Under the pieces are notes generated by a model, which worked only from the letters and a program-made list of their open reading frames with translations, did not search any database and had not been told where the DNA came from. The translations under genes were made by a program, and so were the position numbers. A DNA stretch of 64,000 nt, taken from positions 125,116,001 to 125,180,000 of the forward strand of contig OZ024743.1 in assembly GCA_964016885.1 (NCBI GenBank), given 5' to 3'. Shown here one piece after another: positions 35,945 through 51,284 of the stretch; the stretch's first letter is position 1, and each line of letters opens with the position of its first letter. Origin of the DNA: Eledone cirrhosa (lineage: Eukaryota).

Positions 35945-38900
35945 TCAGCATGTACCCATGGGAGGTCGGGTACCCTGTATTACTGCGTGACGCCAGAAGT
36001 CACGGTCGTGTGTCATTGACTTTGAGAGGTGTAGTTGGGTAAGGTCGGCTTTTATCACCTCATCCCAAGTCATCTTGGGTTTCCCCACTCCGCGGTTTCC
36101 ATCAACTTCTAGTGCTCTGCACCTTTTTATGCAGCTGTCATCCTTCATACGCATCACATGTCCATACCAGCGTAACCGCCTCTCCTGCACGCAGCATTTG
36201 ATTCCTCTTATGCTCAGTCTCTCTCTCAATTCCTTTATGCTTTGTCGTTCACGTATATTACTGTTACACATCCATCGGAGCATGCAGGCTTCGTTTCTCT
36301 CTAATCTACGTAAGTCTTCCACCTTCAGCGCCCAGGTCTCACTACCATGCAACATCGCTGTTCGGATACACGCATCATACAGTCTGCCTTTCATTCTGAG
36401 GGAGAAGCCTTTTGCAGCTAGCAGTGGTAGTAGTTCCCTAAACTTCTTCCATCCCGTTCTTACCCTAGTTATTGTACTTTCTGAACTCCCACCTCCGTTG
36501 CTAATTCGGTCACCTAGGTAGCAGAAGCTGTCTACTGTTTCTACAGGGCCCTCCCAGAGATTGGTGGTACTTGTTTCCTGTGGCTGTTTGCTTGCTGTTT
36601 CAGCACAGCTGCTGCATGTGAATCCTACATTCTTAATTAAGCTTCCTGAGATCCCGCTACATCTCTTGTGTACCCATTGTTTGCATTTGGGGCAGAGAAT
36701 GGAGTTCCTACCTACACCTTTCCTACATACTGAGCAAGGCCATTTCCCTGAGGGGATCTGGGTTCTGTTTTCTCGTCTACTTATAAGGACCTTAGTCTTT
36801 GTCATGTTGACTTTGAGGCCCTTTCTCTCTAGTCCCTGCTTCCAGGTTTGGAATTTATTCTCTAGTTCTACCATAGATTCAGCTATGAGTGCGAGGTCAT
36901 CAGCATACAGGAGTTCCCATGGGCATCCGGTCTTAAACTCCTCCGTTATTGCCTGCAGGACTATGATGAACAGGAGAGGGCTAAGAACAGAGCCCTGGTG
37001 GACCCCAACCTGTACGCTAAATTCCTCGCTATACTCATTGCCAATCCTAACTTTGCTGACTGCTCCCCTATACATGGCTTGTACCGCTTTCACAAGCCAT
37101 TCATCTACTCCTAGTTTTCTAAGAGCCCACCAGATTACTGCACGTGGAACTCTGTCAAAGGCTTTCTCAAGGTCGACAAATGCCAAGTAGAGTGGCTTAC
37201 TTTTAGCTAGGTACTTTTCCTGTAATTGCCTCACAAGGAAGAGGGCATCAGTGGTGCCTTTCCCTGGTACAAACCCAAATTGCATCTCGTCTATATTCAC
37301 CCGGTCCCTAATCAGCTGTGCTATAACTCTTTCTGTTACTTTCATGACCTGGTCCATCAACTTTATACCTCTATAGTTTGCTCTATCTAGTGCATCGCCT
37401 TTACCTTTGTAGCAGTTGACAATGATGCTACTGCACCAATCTTTTGGTATGGCCCCTCTAGTATTACCTGGTTAACGATACGTGTGGTTATAGTGTGACC
37501 TACAGACCCAGATGCCTTCAGCATCTCGGCAGCTATACCCGATGGACCGGTTGCCTTCCCTATCTTCATATCTCTGATTGCCTTACTTACTACGCTGCCG
37601 CTGACTTGTACTGCTGGTCCCTCTATAGGGTCTACGTGGGGTAGGGTCTCTTCTTCCCATGCATTCTCCTCATTTAGTAATCTATCATAATGACTCTTCC
37701 ATGCATCTTTCTTCTCAGCACTTGTGAGGGCAAGCTCACCTTTATCATTCCGGATACACTTCTCTCCAATGACATCACAACTATCTCTGACACACTGCCT
37801 CGCAATCTTGAATACCTCCTGTTTCTGGTCCTCACGTTGTAAAACATGCTTGAATTTTCTATTCTCTGCTTCCCTCCTAGCTAAGTATACTTGTCGCCTA
37901 GCTTCCCTCTTGGTCTCTATGTAATGTACCCTGCTCCCCCCGTTCTTCCATTCTTTCCATGCCTGTCTCTTGGCCTTGACTGCTTCATCTACCTTATTGT
38001 TCCACCACCAAGTCACTCTCCTCCTGCTTGAGGTCTTACTCCAGCCACAAACCTCATCCGTCGCCTCTAGTAAGTTATTTTTTAGGAACTCCCAGTTCTC
38101 TTCTACGTTAAATGTCTCTATCTGTTCTTCTTTACTGTCGTAGGCGTTGAGTAAAATATCTTTAAATCTGTTACTGGTTGAGGGGACTTTCAACTTCCAG
38201 ATCTTTCTTCTCCAGGTTGGCCTCTGTTTCAGGGCTCGTCTAGTTCTGACCGTGAGGTCGCTGACAACTAAGCTATGTTGGGATGTACATTCCTCACTAG
38301 GGAAGGCTTTTGTGTTTACGACCGTCCATCTGTCACGTCCTCTGATGAGGATAAAATCTAACTGACTAGAGTGCTCCCCTGATCTATAGGTGATCAGGTG
38401 GTTGTCGGGTTTTTTAAAGTTTGTGTTACATATCGACATGTCATTGGCGTCGCAGAATTCTAGAAGTCTGAATCCTTCCTCATTCCTTGTGCCAACTCCA
38501 TGGCCTCCATGTACTCTATTGAAGCCGTCGCAGTGTTTACCTACGTGTCCGTTAAAATCTCCTGCAATGATTAGGAAGTCCTTGTCGTCTGTTAGAGCAG
38601 TAGTGTGTATTAGGGACTCGTAAAACCTATCCTTAAGTTCGTCTGGCAGCCCCGATTGGGGTGCGTAAGCTGATATTATTGTGGTAATTGTCTTATTCAG
38701 GACTAGTCTGAGTTTAATGATTCTTGCATTTACCCTGTACACTGAGATTACTTTATCTACCCACTTGTCAGCTAATAGTATACCTACACCACCCATCCCA
38801 TCGTCATTTCCCACCCAGAAAAATTTGTAGCACTGGCTTTTTCCTACAAGGACTCTAGCAGACCCTCCTCTCCATCTAGTCTCTTGCACACAGCATACAT

Positions 38901-39063
38901 CAACTTCCTTTCGCTCTAGCATTTCTACGATTTCTCCTGCTCTTCCTTTCATTGAGCCTACATTGATGGTACCAACTCGGAGTTTTGGGCATTTGTCGAC
39001 ACTCGTAGGGGAGGGTCTCTGGGTTGGCGCTTCACGTGGGTGCTTGGTAGCTCGCAGATTCAT
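35945..39063 (-). CDS. RTE APE endonuclease-reverse transcriptase ORF with a single frameshift near 37455
   Basis: GTINVG, QETRW, GDFN, QFGF, FVDLEKAFDRV, GVHQGSVLSP, YADD, RRLRWYGHV. Adding one G to a G-run restores EGAIPKDW...YKGKGD. Confidence 0.93.
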
Positions 39064-39304
39064 ATTTCATCTATTGATTCAGAGTTGCTCGTGTATTCCC
39101 AGCTCATCCATCCATAACGGTGGGAAAATTGAGGGCTAGAAGAACAGTGGTGGTGGGGTAATGGCAGGGTGTGTTGGGATGCGCCAGAGGAGGAGAGAGT
39201 TAGTTAGGCAGGTAGTAGCAGCAGCAGTGGAAATGGCATGCTAGGTTTGATTGGTCGAATAGACTATGGTGGTGTGTGGGGGTGGGGGGGAGGGAAATTG
39301 TGAG

Positions 39305-42300
39305 GTAGGAACTGAGGGTCGCATGGTAAATATCCAAGTTAATAAGTTAATACTACATCAGTAAAATTAACAATAATAACGTCATGAAAAAACTACTAAG
39401 AGAAACCCTCGAAAATTTATCGCTAATACAGCAGGGAAAATTTAACGCTAATACAGCAGGGAACATCATAATATTAACGACAATATGTAGGCTAAAATAC
39501 CTTCGTAGATTAGATGGATGGCTGGAAAAATTGGAATCAGCTCTAGTGATACATTTTAGCAGAGAAGAATGGGAAAGTGTCTTATCTCTTCAATATTTTC
39601 AGATTGAATGAATTAGGTTAAAGACAGGGTAGTAAGCCTTAAAGAAGTGCATAGAGAGGGGGGGTAGGAACTGAGGGTCGCATGGTAAATAACTGAGAGA
39701 GATACAATAGGATTAGAATACCGCATGGTAAATATCCAAGTTAATAAGTTAATACTACATCAGTAAAATTAACAATAATAACGTCATGAAAAAACTACTA
39801 AGGGAAACCCTCGAAAATTTATCGCTAATACAGCAGGGAAAATTTAACGCTAATACAGCAGGGAACATCATAATATTAACGACAATATGTAGGCTAAAAT
39901 ACCTTCGTAGATTAGATGGATGGCTGGAAAAATTGGAATCAGCTCTAGTGATACATTTTAGCAGAGAAGAATGGGAAAGTGTCTTATCTCTTCAATATTT
40001 TCAGATTGAATGAATTAGGTTAAAGACAGGGTAGTAAGCCTTAAAGAAGTGCATAGAGAGGGGGGGGTAGGAACTGAGGGTCGCATGGTAAATAACTGAG
40101 AGAGATACAATAGGATTAGAATACCGCATGGTAAATATCCAAGTTAATAAGTTAATACTACATCAGTAAAATTAACAATAATAACGTCATGAAAAAACTA
40201 CTAAGAGAAACCCTCGAAAATTTATCGCTAATACAGCAGGGAAAATTTAACGCTAATACAGCAGGGAACATCATAATATTAACGACAATATGTAGGCTAA
40301 AATACCTTCGTAGATTAGATGGATGGCTGGAAAAATTGGAATCAGCTCTAGTGATACATTTTAGCAGAGAACAATGGGAAAGTGTCTTATCTCTTCAATA
40401 TTTTCAGATTGAATGAATTAGGTTAAAGACAGGGTAGTAAGCCTTAAAGAAGTGCATAGAGAGGGAGGGTAGGAACTGAGGGTCGCATGGTAAATAACTG
40501 AGAGAGATACAATAGGATTAGAATACCGCATGGTAAATATCCAAGTTAATAAGTTAATACTACATCAGTAAAATTAACAATAATAACGTCATGAAAAAAC
40601 TACTAAGAGAAATACTCGAAAATTTATCGCTAATACAGCAGGGAAAATTTAACGCTAATACAGCAGGGAACATCATAATATTAACGACAATATGTAGGCT
40701 AAAATACCTTCGTAGATTAGATGGATGGCTGGAAAAATTGGAATCAGCTCTAGTGATACATTTTAGCAGAGAAGAATGGGAAAGTGTCTTATCTCTTCAA
40801 TATTTTCAGATTGAATGAATTAGGTTAAAGACAGGGTAGTAAGCCTTAAAGAAGTGCATAGAGAGGGGGGGTAGGAACTGAGGGTCGCATGGTAAATAAC
40901 TGAGAGAGATACAATAGGATTAGAATACCGCATGGTAAATATCCAAGTTAATAAGTTAATACTACATCAGTAAAATTAACAATAATAACGTCATGAAAAA
41001 ACTACTAAGAGAAACCCTCGAAAATTTATCGCTAATACAGCAGGGAAAATTTAACGCTAATACAGCAGGGAACATCATAATATTAACGACAATATGTAGG
41101 CTAAAATACCTTCGTAGATTAGATGGATGGCTGGAAAAATTGGAATCAGCTCTAGTGATACATTTTAGCAGAGAAGAATGGGAAAGTGTCTTATCTCTTC
41201 AATATTTTCAGATTGAATGAATTAGGTTAAAGACAGGGTAGTAAGCCTTAAAGAAGTGCATAGAGAGGGGGGTAGGAACTGAGAGTCGCATGGTAAATAA
41301 CTGAGAGAGATACAATAGGATTAGAATACCGCATGGTAAATATCCAAGTTAATAAGTTAATACTACATCAGTAAAATTAACAATAATAACGTCATGAAAA
41401 AACTACTAAGAGAAACCCTCGAAAATTTATCGCTAATACAGCAGGGAAAATTTAACGCTAATACAGCAGGAAACATCATAATATTAACGACAATATGTAG
41501 GCTAAAATACCTTCGTAGATTAGATGGTTGGCTGGAAAAATTGGAATCAGCTCTAGTGATACAATTTAGCAGAGAAGAATGGGAAAGTGTCTTATCTCTT
41601 CAATATTTTCAGATTGAATGAATTAGGTTAAAGACAGGGTAGTAAGCCTTAAAGAAGTGCATAGAGAGGGGGGGGGGGGTAGGAAATGAGGGTCCCATGG
41701 TAAATAACTGAGAGAGATACAATAGGATTAGAATACCGCATGGTAAATATCCAAGTTAATAAGTTAATACTACATCAGTAAAATTAACAATAATAACGTC
41801 ATGAAAAAACTACTAAGAGAAACCCTCGAAAATTTATCGCTAATACAGCAGGGAAAATTTAACGCTAATACAGCAGGGAACATCATAATATTAACGACAA
41901 TATGTAGGCTAAAATACCTTCGTAGATTAGATGGATGGCTGGAAAAATTGGAATCAGCTCTAGTGATACATTTTAGTAGAGAAGAATGGGAAAGTGTCTT
42001 ATCTCTTCAATATTTTCAGATTGAATGAATTAGGTTAAAGACAGGGTAGTAAGCCTTAAAGAAGTGCATAGAGAGAGGGGGGGGGTAGGAACTGAGGGTC
42101 GCATGGTAAATAACTGAGAGAGATACAATAGGATTAGAATACCGCATGGTAAATATCCAAGTTAATAAGTTAATACTACATCAGTAAAATTAACAATAAT
42201 AACGTCATGAAAAAACTACTAAGAGAAACCCTCGAAAATTTATCGCTAATACAGCAGGGAAAATTTAACGCTAATACAGCAGGGAACATCATAATATTAA

Positions 42301-42900
42301 CGACAATATGTAGGCTAAAATACCTTCGTAGATTAGATGGATGGCTGGAAAAATTGGAATCAGCTCTAGTGATACATTTTAGCAGAGAAGAATGGGAAAG
42401 TGTCTTATCTCTTCAATATTTTCAGATTGAATGAATTAGGTTAAAGACAGGGTAGTAAGCCTTAAAGAAGTGCATAGAGAGGGGGGGTAGGAACTGAGTG
42501 TCGCATGGTAAATAACTGAGAGAGATACAATAGGATTAGAATACCGCATGGTAAATATCCAAGTTAATAAGTTAATACTACATCAGTAAAATTAACAATA
42601 ATAACGTCATGAAAAAACTACTAAGAGAAACCCTCGAAAATTTATCGCTAATACAGCAGGGAAAATTTAACGCTAATACAGCAGGGAACATCATAATATT
42701 AACGACAATATGTAGGCTAAAATACCTTCGTAGATTAGATGGATGGCTGGAAAAATTGGAATCAGCTCTAGTGATACATTTTAGCAGAGAAGAATGGGAA
42801 AGTGTCTTATCTCTTCAATATTTTCAGATTGAATGAATTAGGTTAAAGACAGGGTAGTAAGCCTTAAAGAAGTGCATAGAGGGGGGGGGGGGTAGGAACT
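39305..42900. repeat. Tandem array of 9 near-identical ~402-bp monomers
   Basis: The same 75-codon ORF recurs at 39384, 39786, 40189, 40591, 40993, 41394, 41801, 42207 and 42609. Length differences come from a G-run. Confidence 0.97.
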
Positions 42901-42914
42901 ATATATATATATAT

Positions 42915-44758
<1,844 letters not shown>

Positions 44759-44775
44759 TGTGTGCGTGTGTGCGG

Positions 44776-44822
<47 letters not shown>

Positions 44823-44859
44823 CGCGCGGGAGTGTGTATGTGTGTGTGTGTGTGTGTGT

Positions 44860-44890
<31 letters not shown>

Positions 44891-44948
44891 CGCGTGCGTG
44901 CGTGCGGGAGTGCGTATGTGTGTGTGTGTGTATACATACATACATATA

Positions 44949-45262
44949 CAGTGTACGCCCCGGCATTCGCGGTCCCGGTTATTCGCGGAATCGTAAATAT
45001 CTTATGCAATTTTTTATGGCCTTTTCATGGTAATATATATTTTTTTTATGTTAAATTATTAATAACAATATACTGTATATGCCAGCCTATTACACGCCCC
45101 TTCACATAAGACACTCCCTCTTTTTATATTATATTTTACGTTGTATTTTGATGCTAATAAGCATTTTTATGGACCTCGACCAATATTCGCAGTTTTTTTA
45201 CTTTTCGCGGGTGCTCTAGATACGTAACCACCGTGAAAATCGGGGCGGGGGGAGGGGGTAAG
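44949..45262. mobile_element. Tc1/mariner-pogo (Tigger-like) MITE remnant
   Basis: TA/CAGTG..ccccggcattcgcgg start and acgtaaccaccgtgaa subterminal motif. Right end degenerate. Confidence 0.5.
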
Positions 45263-45319
45263 TGAATATATAATATATATAATATATATATATATATATA
45301 TACATATAAATATATATAT

Positions 45320-46472
<1,153 letters not shown>

Positions 46473-46944
46473 TGTGTGTGTGTGTGTGAGAGTGTGTGAG
46501 TGTGTGTGTGTGTGTGTGTATCTCTTTCTCTTTCTTGTTTTCTCTCTTCAACTTTCATATCCTCTCTCTGTAATTCTCTACAAAATGAAAAAAGAGAGAC
46601 ATTTCTAAATGTCGGTAAAATAGATAGAATACGGTAAAAGATGAATACGGTAAAATAGATAGAATTGAGTTTAATATAAATTACTGTTTTATACATCAAA
46701 ATAAATACTACCAATACTTGTCCTTTGGGATAAGGAGCAATAATTATATTTTATACCCAAATTACCAAAACACACATCTATTTGTATATAAGCTACAATT
46801 TATGTACATGTTATGTTTATCACATATCGAAGTTTTTTTAAATCTTGGTTGATTTTTGATAATAACAGTGTTATTTATGTTAACCTTCATAGTCAATTTT
46901 CTTTTTGACATGTCATAACTTTTTCTCCGCGTATCATTATTCGC

Positions 46945-47130
46945 TGGATTGGCAGTATCGGTAGAGGGTCGGACGCCATGCTTTCCAGCATAGTTACGTC
47001 CCTTTTACGATCTGAGTTCAAATCCCGCCGAGGTTGACTTTGCCTTTCATCCTTACGGGGTCGATAAAATAAAGTACCAGTAATGTACTGGGTAATTGCT
47101 GGCCTTGTGCCAAAAGTAGAAACAATTATT
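46945..47130 (+). mobile_element. tRNA-derived SINE
   Basis: ggattggcagtatcggtagag...gagttcaaatcccgccgagg...gtagaaacaatt. Confidence 0.85.
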
Positions 47131-47542
47131 TGCCAATTGCTAATATGTGTATTCAGAGACAGATTTCATATGTCATATTGCTATAATCACTTTATGATTA
47201 TTGAAAGCTGTAAATGTAATATGACCTGTTTGGACTCAAATTGTATTTTCTGACCATTTTAGAGTGCAAAGAGCGAAACTAATCACAACTAAATTGACAA
47301 AATTTACGCCAACGCCCATCCAACAAATTCAGAAATGCTTCCACCTCCCTTATTCTAAAAATCCTTTTAAAATTATGAAAAAGGGTCATGGTTATGTGTA
47401 TATATACTGAAGATGTTATTATAGATGAATTTCTCAGAAATTTCCTTTTTTATGGTGAACATCCTATATGTGCATATATATATGTGCATATATATATGTG
47501 TGTGTCTGTGTGTGTCTGTGTCTGTGTCTGTGTGTGTGTGTA

Positions 47543-47702
47543 TAAGGCGAATTAGTAGAGTCGTTAAGACGTCGGATAGAATGCTTTACGGTATTCGTCC
47601 CACCTCGTTGCGCGCCCTGAGTTCAAATCCCACCGTGGTCAACTTTGCCTTTCATCCTTTCGAGGTCGATAAAAAAAATGTACCAGTCCAGTACTGGGGT
47701 TG
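47543..47702 (+). mobile_element. tRNA-derived SINE
   Basis: aaggcgaattagtagagtcgttaag...gagttcaaatccc. Confidence 0.8.
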
Positions 47703-48486
47703 ATTCTTCCTCTTTAGAAAAAAATCGGCTGTGTCCAGACCTGGAGACGGTTGAGCTCCGTCAGGTTTTAAAATGCCCTAGACACGCCGTTTGACGGTAC
47801 CTCTACGAGTCCACAAGGAGTTATGGGATCTTTATCATATGTGTGTGTGTGTGTGTGTGTGTGTACATATAGTTGAAGAAATGACAATACAAACACAGGG
47901 ATAAAAAAATACAAAGTCTTATTGATATCACGCTTAGGGGAAGAATATGGCTCTCTAATTGCGTACTGTTCATATTTGTGGGTGGTAAAGTGCGGTGATG
48001 TTTTAGTTCGATACATAAGTAACTGAATTCTTCTATGTATTGCCTGGCGGAGATTCGAAATGGAATCTAAAAATTCTCGCCTCTAAAATAACCTCTTGTC
48101 AGTAGGTTTCCTTCTATTGTCCCTTATACACTTTGTCTATCCTTTTGACTTCTCTATTCATTCTCTACTACTGTAAACCACAACACATAACTTCTACTGT
48201 ATCGTTTTCTTTGCTATGTACATTTACTCGCAGTATTGACTTAACAACACACACACATTCTTGCTGTCTAGTTACGCTAGTTCGAAGTAGCTAACAAAAC
48301 AATTAATGTAGTGATAATTGTATCACGATTTTATTACTCAATCTTCGATGTACCAACGAGTGAATTTTACTATTACAAAATAAACGTTGTCAATAACATC
48401 ACAATTATACATCATTCTTTTTATCATTCATCCTATGAAGAATACATCTTATCAGCTACATAGATGTGACCCTATCGCCATATACT

Positions 48487-48880
48487 CAGGGACCTCGTTT
48501 GCCTTAAAAATGTGAGGGGGACAAACCAACATTTGTTGATTCTTAAAGGAGCATAAATTGCTTATGGTACTTTCCCGGACCCTATCACATAAGTAAAATT
48601 TTACGCTAACTAAATTTTATATATTCAAATGAAGTTCAGATATAAAAGAATAAGCTTAAAATTGCTTATGGTACTTTCCCGGACTCTATCACATAAGTAA
48701 AATTTTACGCTAACTAAATTTTATATATTCAAATGAAGTTCAGATATAAAAGAATAAGCTTAAAAAGATTTTATTATATATCAAATAAACAAAAAATAAA
48801 ATATAGACGTTTGAAAAGTTTTTTTTTTGGGGGGGGGGGGGGGGCTTCTCCCCTGGTACCCCCCTGAAACAAGGCCCTTG
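48487..48880. mobile_element. hAT-type MITE with 8-bp TSD and an internal ~103-bp tandem duplication
   Basis: CATATACT at 48479-48486 and 48881-48888. Imperfect TIRs cagggacctcgttt and caagggccttgttt. Confidence 0.8.
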
Positions 48881-49199
48881 CATATACTAAACAAATTAAC
48901 ATTATGAATAAAAAATAAATCAGAACATTTACTGATTTTGTTTCAGTTTTTCGAGCCGATACACGCATGCACGCACACATACTCACACACACACATATAC
49001 TCACACACACACACAAACACATACAGATTATTATCTTTCAGCAAATTGTGTACTAGCTAAGTTATTTCCACCCGAAGTTTAATGAAAGACTGAGATAACT
49101 GACGAACGTAGCAATGATATAGTGCATATCATTGAAATGTGGTGTCTCATTTCACTGAAACACTATCTCTAAAATCCGAAACATACTCGTAGCTGCCAT

Positions 49200-49530
49200 T
49201 CTATCTCCAAGGTCACATTTCCCAAAAGCATGATAATTCTCCAGCGTCAATCTGGTGCAGTCAGCGACTAATCCAGGTTCTGCTGCAATTTGGGCTGAGG
49301 AGGGTAAACTCTCCAAGTATCGGTCGCTCTCCGACAGGTTTTCAGTCGAACCCCTAGCAGTGGAGATTTCTGGTGTCCTTGTCCCTAAGGCCACCTCGCT
49401 ACTCACCACCATAGACACTGAGCTGGTTAACCGCAGGTATGAGCCTCACGAGATGGAATGGCTCTTCCAGTGCATCTTCCTTACCAGCCTCTGGGGAAAC
49501 GCCTCCATTCTGTCTGCCGGGATCGTGGGG
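49200..49530 (+). mobile_element. Degenerate CRE-clade LINE 3' fragment
   Basis: EEGKLSKY...PLAVEISG...WLFQC....WGNA. Confidence 0.7.
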
Positions 49531-49687
49531 CGGCCAGCACGTGGGACCCCATTTTCTCATAATACAGAGAGATGGGGAGGGCGAGAGAGAAGGATGCGAT
49601 GACAGTGAGAGTTCGGCTCTTCTGTGTTCGGACCAGGAGGGCAGCGTCAGTTGTCCGTAGGGAAGTAGTGATTCACATATATATATA

Positions 49688-50584
49688 CAAGGTGTGTCAG
49701 AAAAGTTCCAGGACTGATGTCACAAAAGATTTATTTCAAACCCAAACTTCACACTAAGAGTTTTCTCCTTCAAAGTAATCCCCCTGGAGTATGTAACTGT
49801 AATCTTAGCTCTCTGCAGCAAGCAAACTTTTTTCTTCATAATTTTATATACATGTCCTCTGTTTCAGGTCGTCAAGCAATGAGCACAGAGCAACGAACAA
49901 ATTTGAAAACTCCGCCAGAAGCACTGGGATTGCTGCAGCAAGTGTATGGAGATGAGACGATGTCACGCTCACGTGTTTTTGAGTGGTGCAAGAGGTTTAA
50001 AGAAGGACGCGAGGACGTGGAAGATGACCCTAGGAGCGGAAGGCCCTCAACAACCAGAATTGAGGTCAAAGTTGAGCGCGTCAGGCAGATGGTGCGTAGC
50101 GATCGTCGGCTGACTGTTCGACTGATGGCAAATGAGCTGAGCATGAATCGGGACAGCGTCTGGGAGATTCTCACTGAAGATTTGGACATGCGGAAAGTCT
50201 GCGCGAAGATGATGCCAAAACTGCTGAACGATGATCAGAAGGGTCGACGCATGCAAGTGTGCCAGGACATCCTCGAGCGTCTTGAAAGCGAACCAGACTT
50301 GCTAGGGACAGTCATCACCGGTGATGAGTCATGGATCTTCGAGTATGACCCGGAGGGGACCCGTTTTGAAGACGTGGACGACATCAAAAAGGCTGTGACG
50401 ACGGAACTGCGGGGGATCCTGGAAGAATCCTTCCAGGAGTGCATGCAAGCGTGGCAGAAAGGGGTGGAAAAGTGCATTAGACTCCAGGGGATTACTTTGA
50501 AGGAGAAAAAACTCTTAGTGTGAAGTTTGGGTTTGAAATAAATCTTTTGTGACATCAGTCCTGGAACTTTTCTGACCCACCTCG
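49688..50584 (+). mobile_element. Internally deleted mariner element with ~90-bp inverted ends and TA target duplication
   Basis: HTH region (VYGDETMSRSRVFEW, DDPRSGRP) and TGDESW..YDPE joined directly to the C-terminal G.RF. The second and third catalytic Asp are missing. Confidence 0.93.
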
Positions 50585-51284
50585 TATATGTAGCGGATAA
50601 GTGGTATTTTTTGTATGGTAGTTTGATGAAAAGATTAATGTCAGGATTCTGTTGTTAACAATGTTTATTTTATAATAACAATATTCACTTTGAACATCGA
50701 GTAATAATATTTATGACATGAATTATCCGTACATTAAATTGCTTACTAACTTCTACGAGTTAGCGTAAATGCATGTGTTGTATCTTACAGATACAATATG
50801 ACAGAGACGAAAGAATAGGTGAAGCATAGAATGTAAACAATATGAACTTACTATGTGTGTGTGTGTGTGTGCCTATTTTTAGAATACATTATTGTCGTAG
50901 TAGTAGTGGTCAATCTGTCAGGCAGGCATGGCTGGCTGTCTGACTGAGTCGGTGGCCGAGAAGGTGGAAGCCAGTAAGGGCCAGAAGAGAGAAATGGTAA
51001 AAGGTCTACTGATGCCTACATCGTTATCACTTGCTGACTGTTATATATATATATTAATATGGCCAAGTGCCCTTATTCTTATTGCTATATTCACAATACT
51101 TTGGCCGTTGCCCTTGCAAGTACTCTCTTGATTTCGTAAGTGTGCATATTTAGTCCCAGTTATCAAAAGATGTCTGAAAATTGTAAATATTTCCAAATAA
51201 CGAAAATATATGTGTGTGTATGTGAGTGCGTGTGTTGTGTACATATTTGTAAATTAATGTACACACACACATATATATATATAT

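Larger units (their letters stand above)
35655..42900 (-). mobile_element. Apparently full-length RTE-clade LINE with 5' tandem array, inserted in (TA)n
   Basis: Short (TGA)n tail at 35655, APE-RT ORF and 5' UTR continuing into the array. TA runs on both sides. Confidence 0.9.

Noticed and set aside
36075-38623. Plus-strand ORFs over the RTE, and similar ORFs opposite PLE and mariner frames
   Set aside because: Antisense shadows of transposon coding sequence.
39384-42836. Nine-copy 75-aa gene cluster
   Set aside because: No recognisable domain; explained by tandem amplification of a LINE 5' monomer.
50589-51044. Solo LTR candidate starting TGTAG
   Set aside because: No clear CA end, TSD or second copy.
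51120-51175. Possible U3-A8 hammerhead (TTGATAA...GAAAT) on the minus strand
   Set aside because: Stem II and the cleavage triplet cannot be formed.
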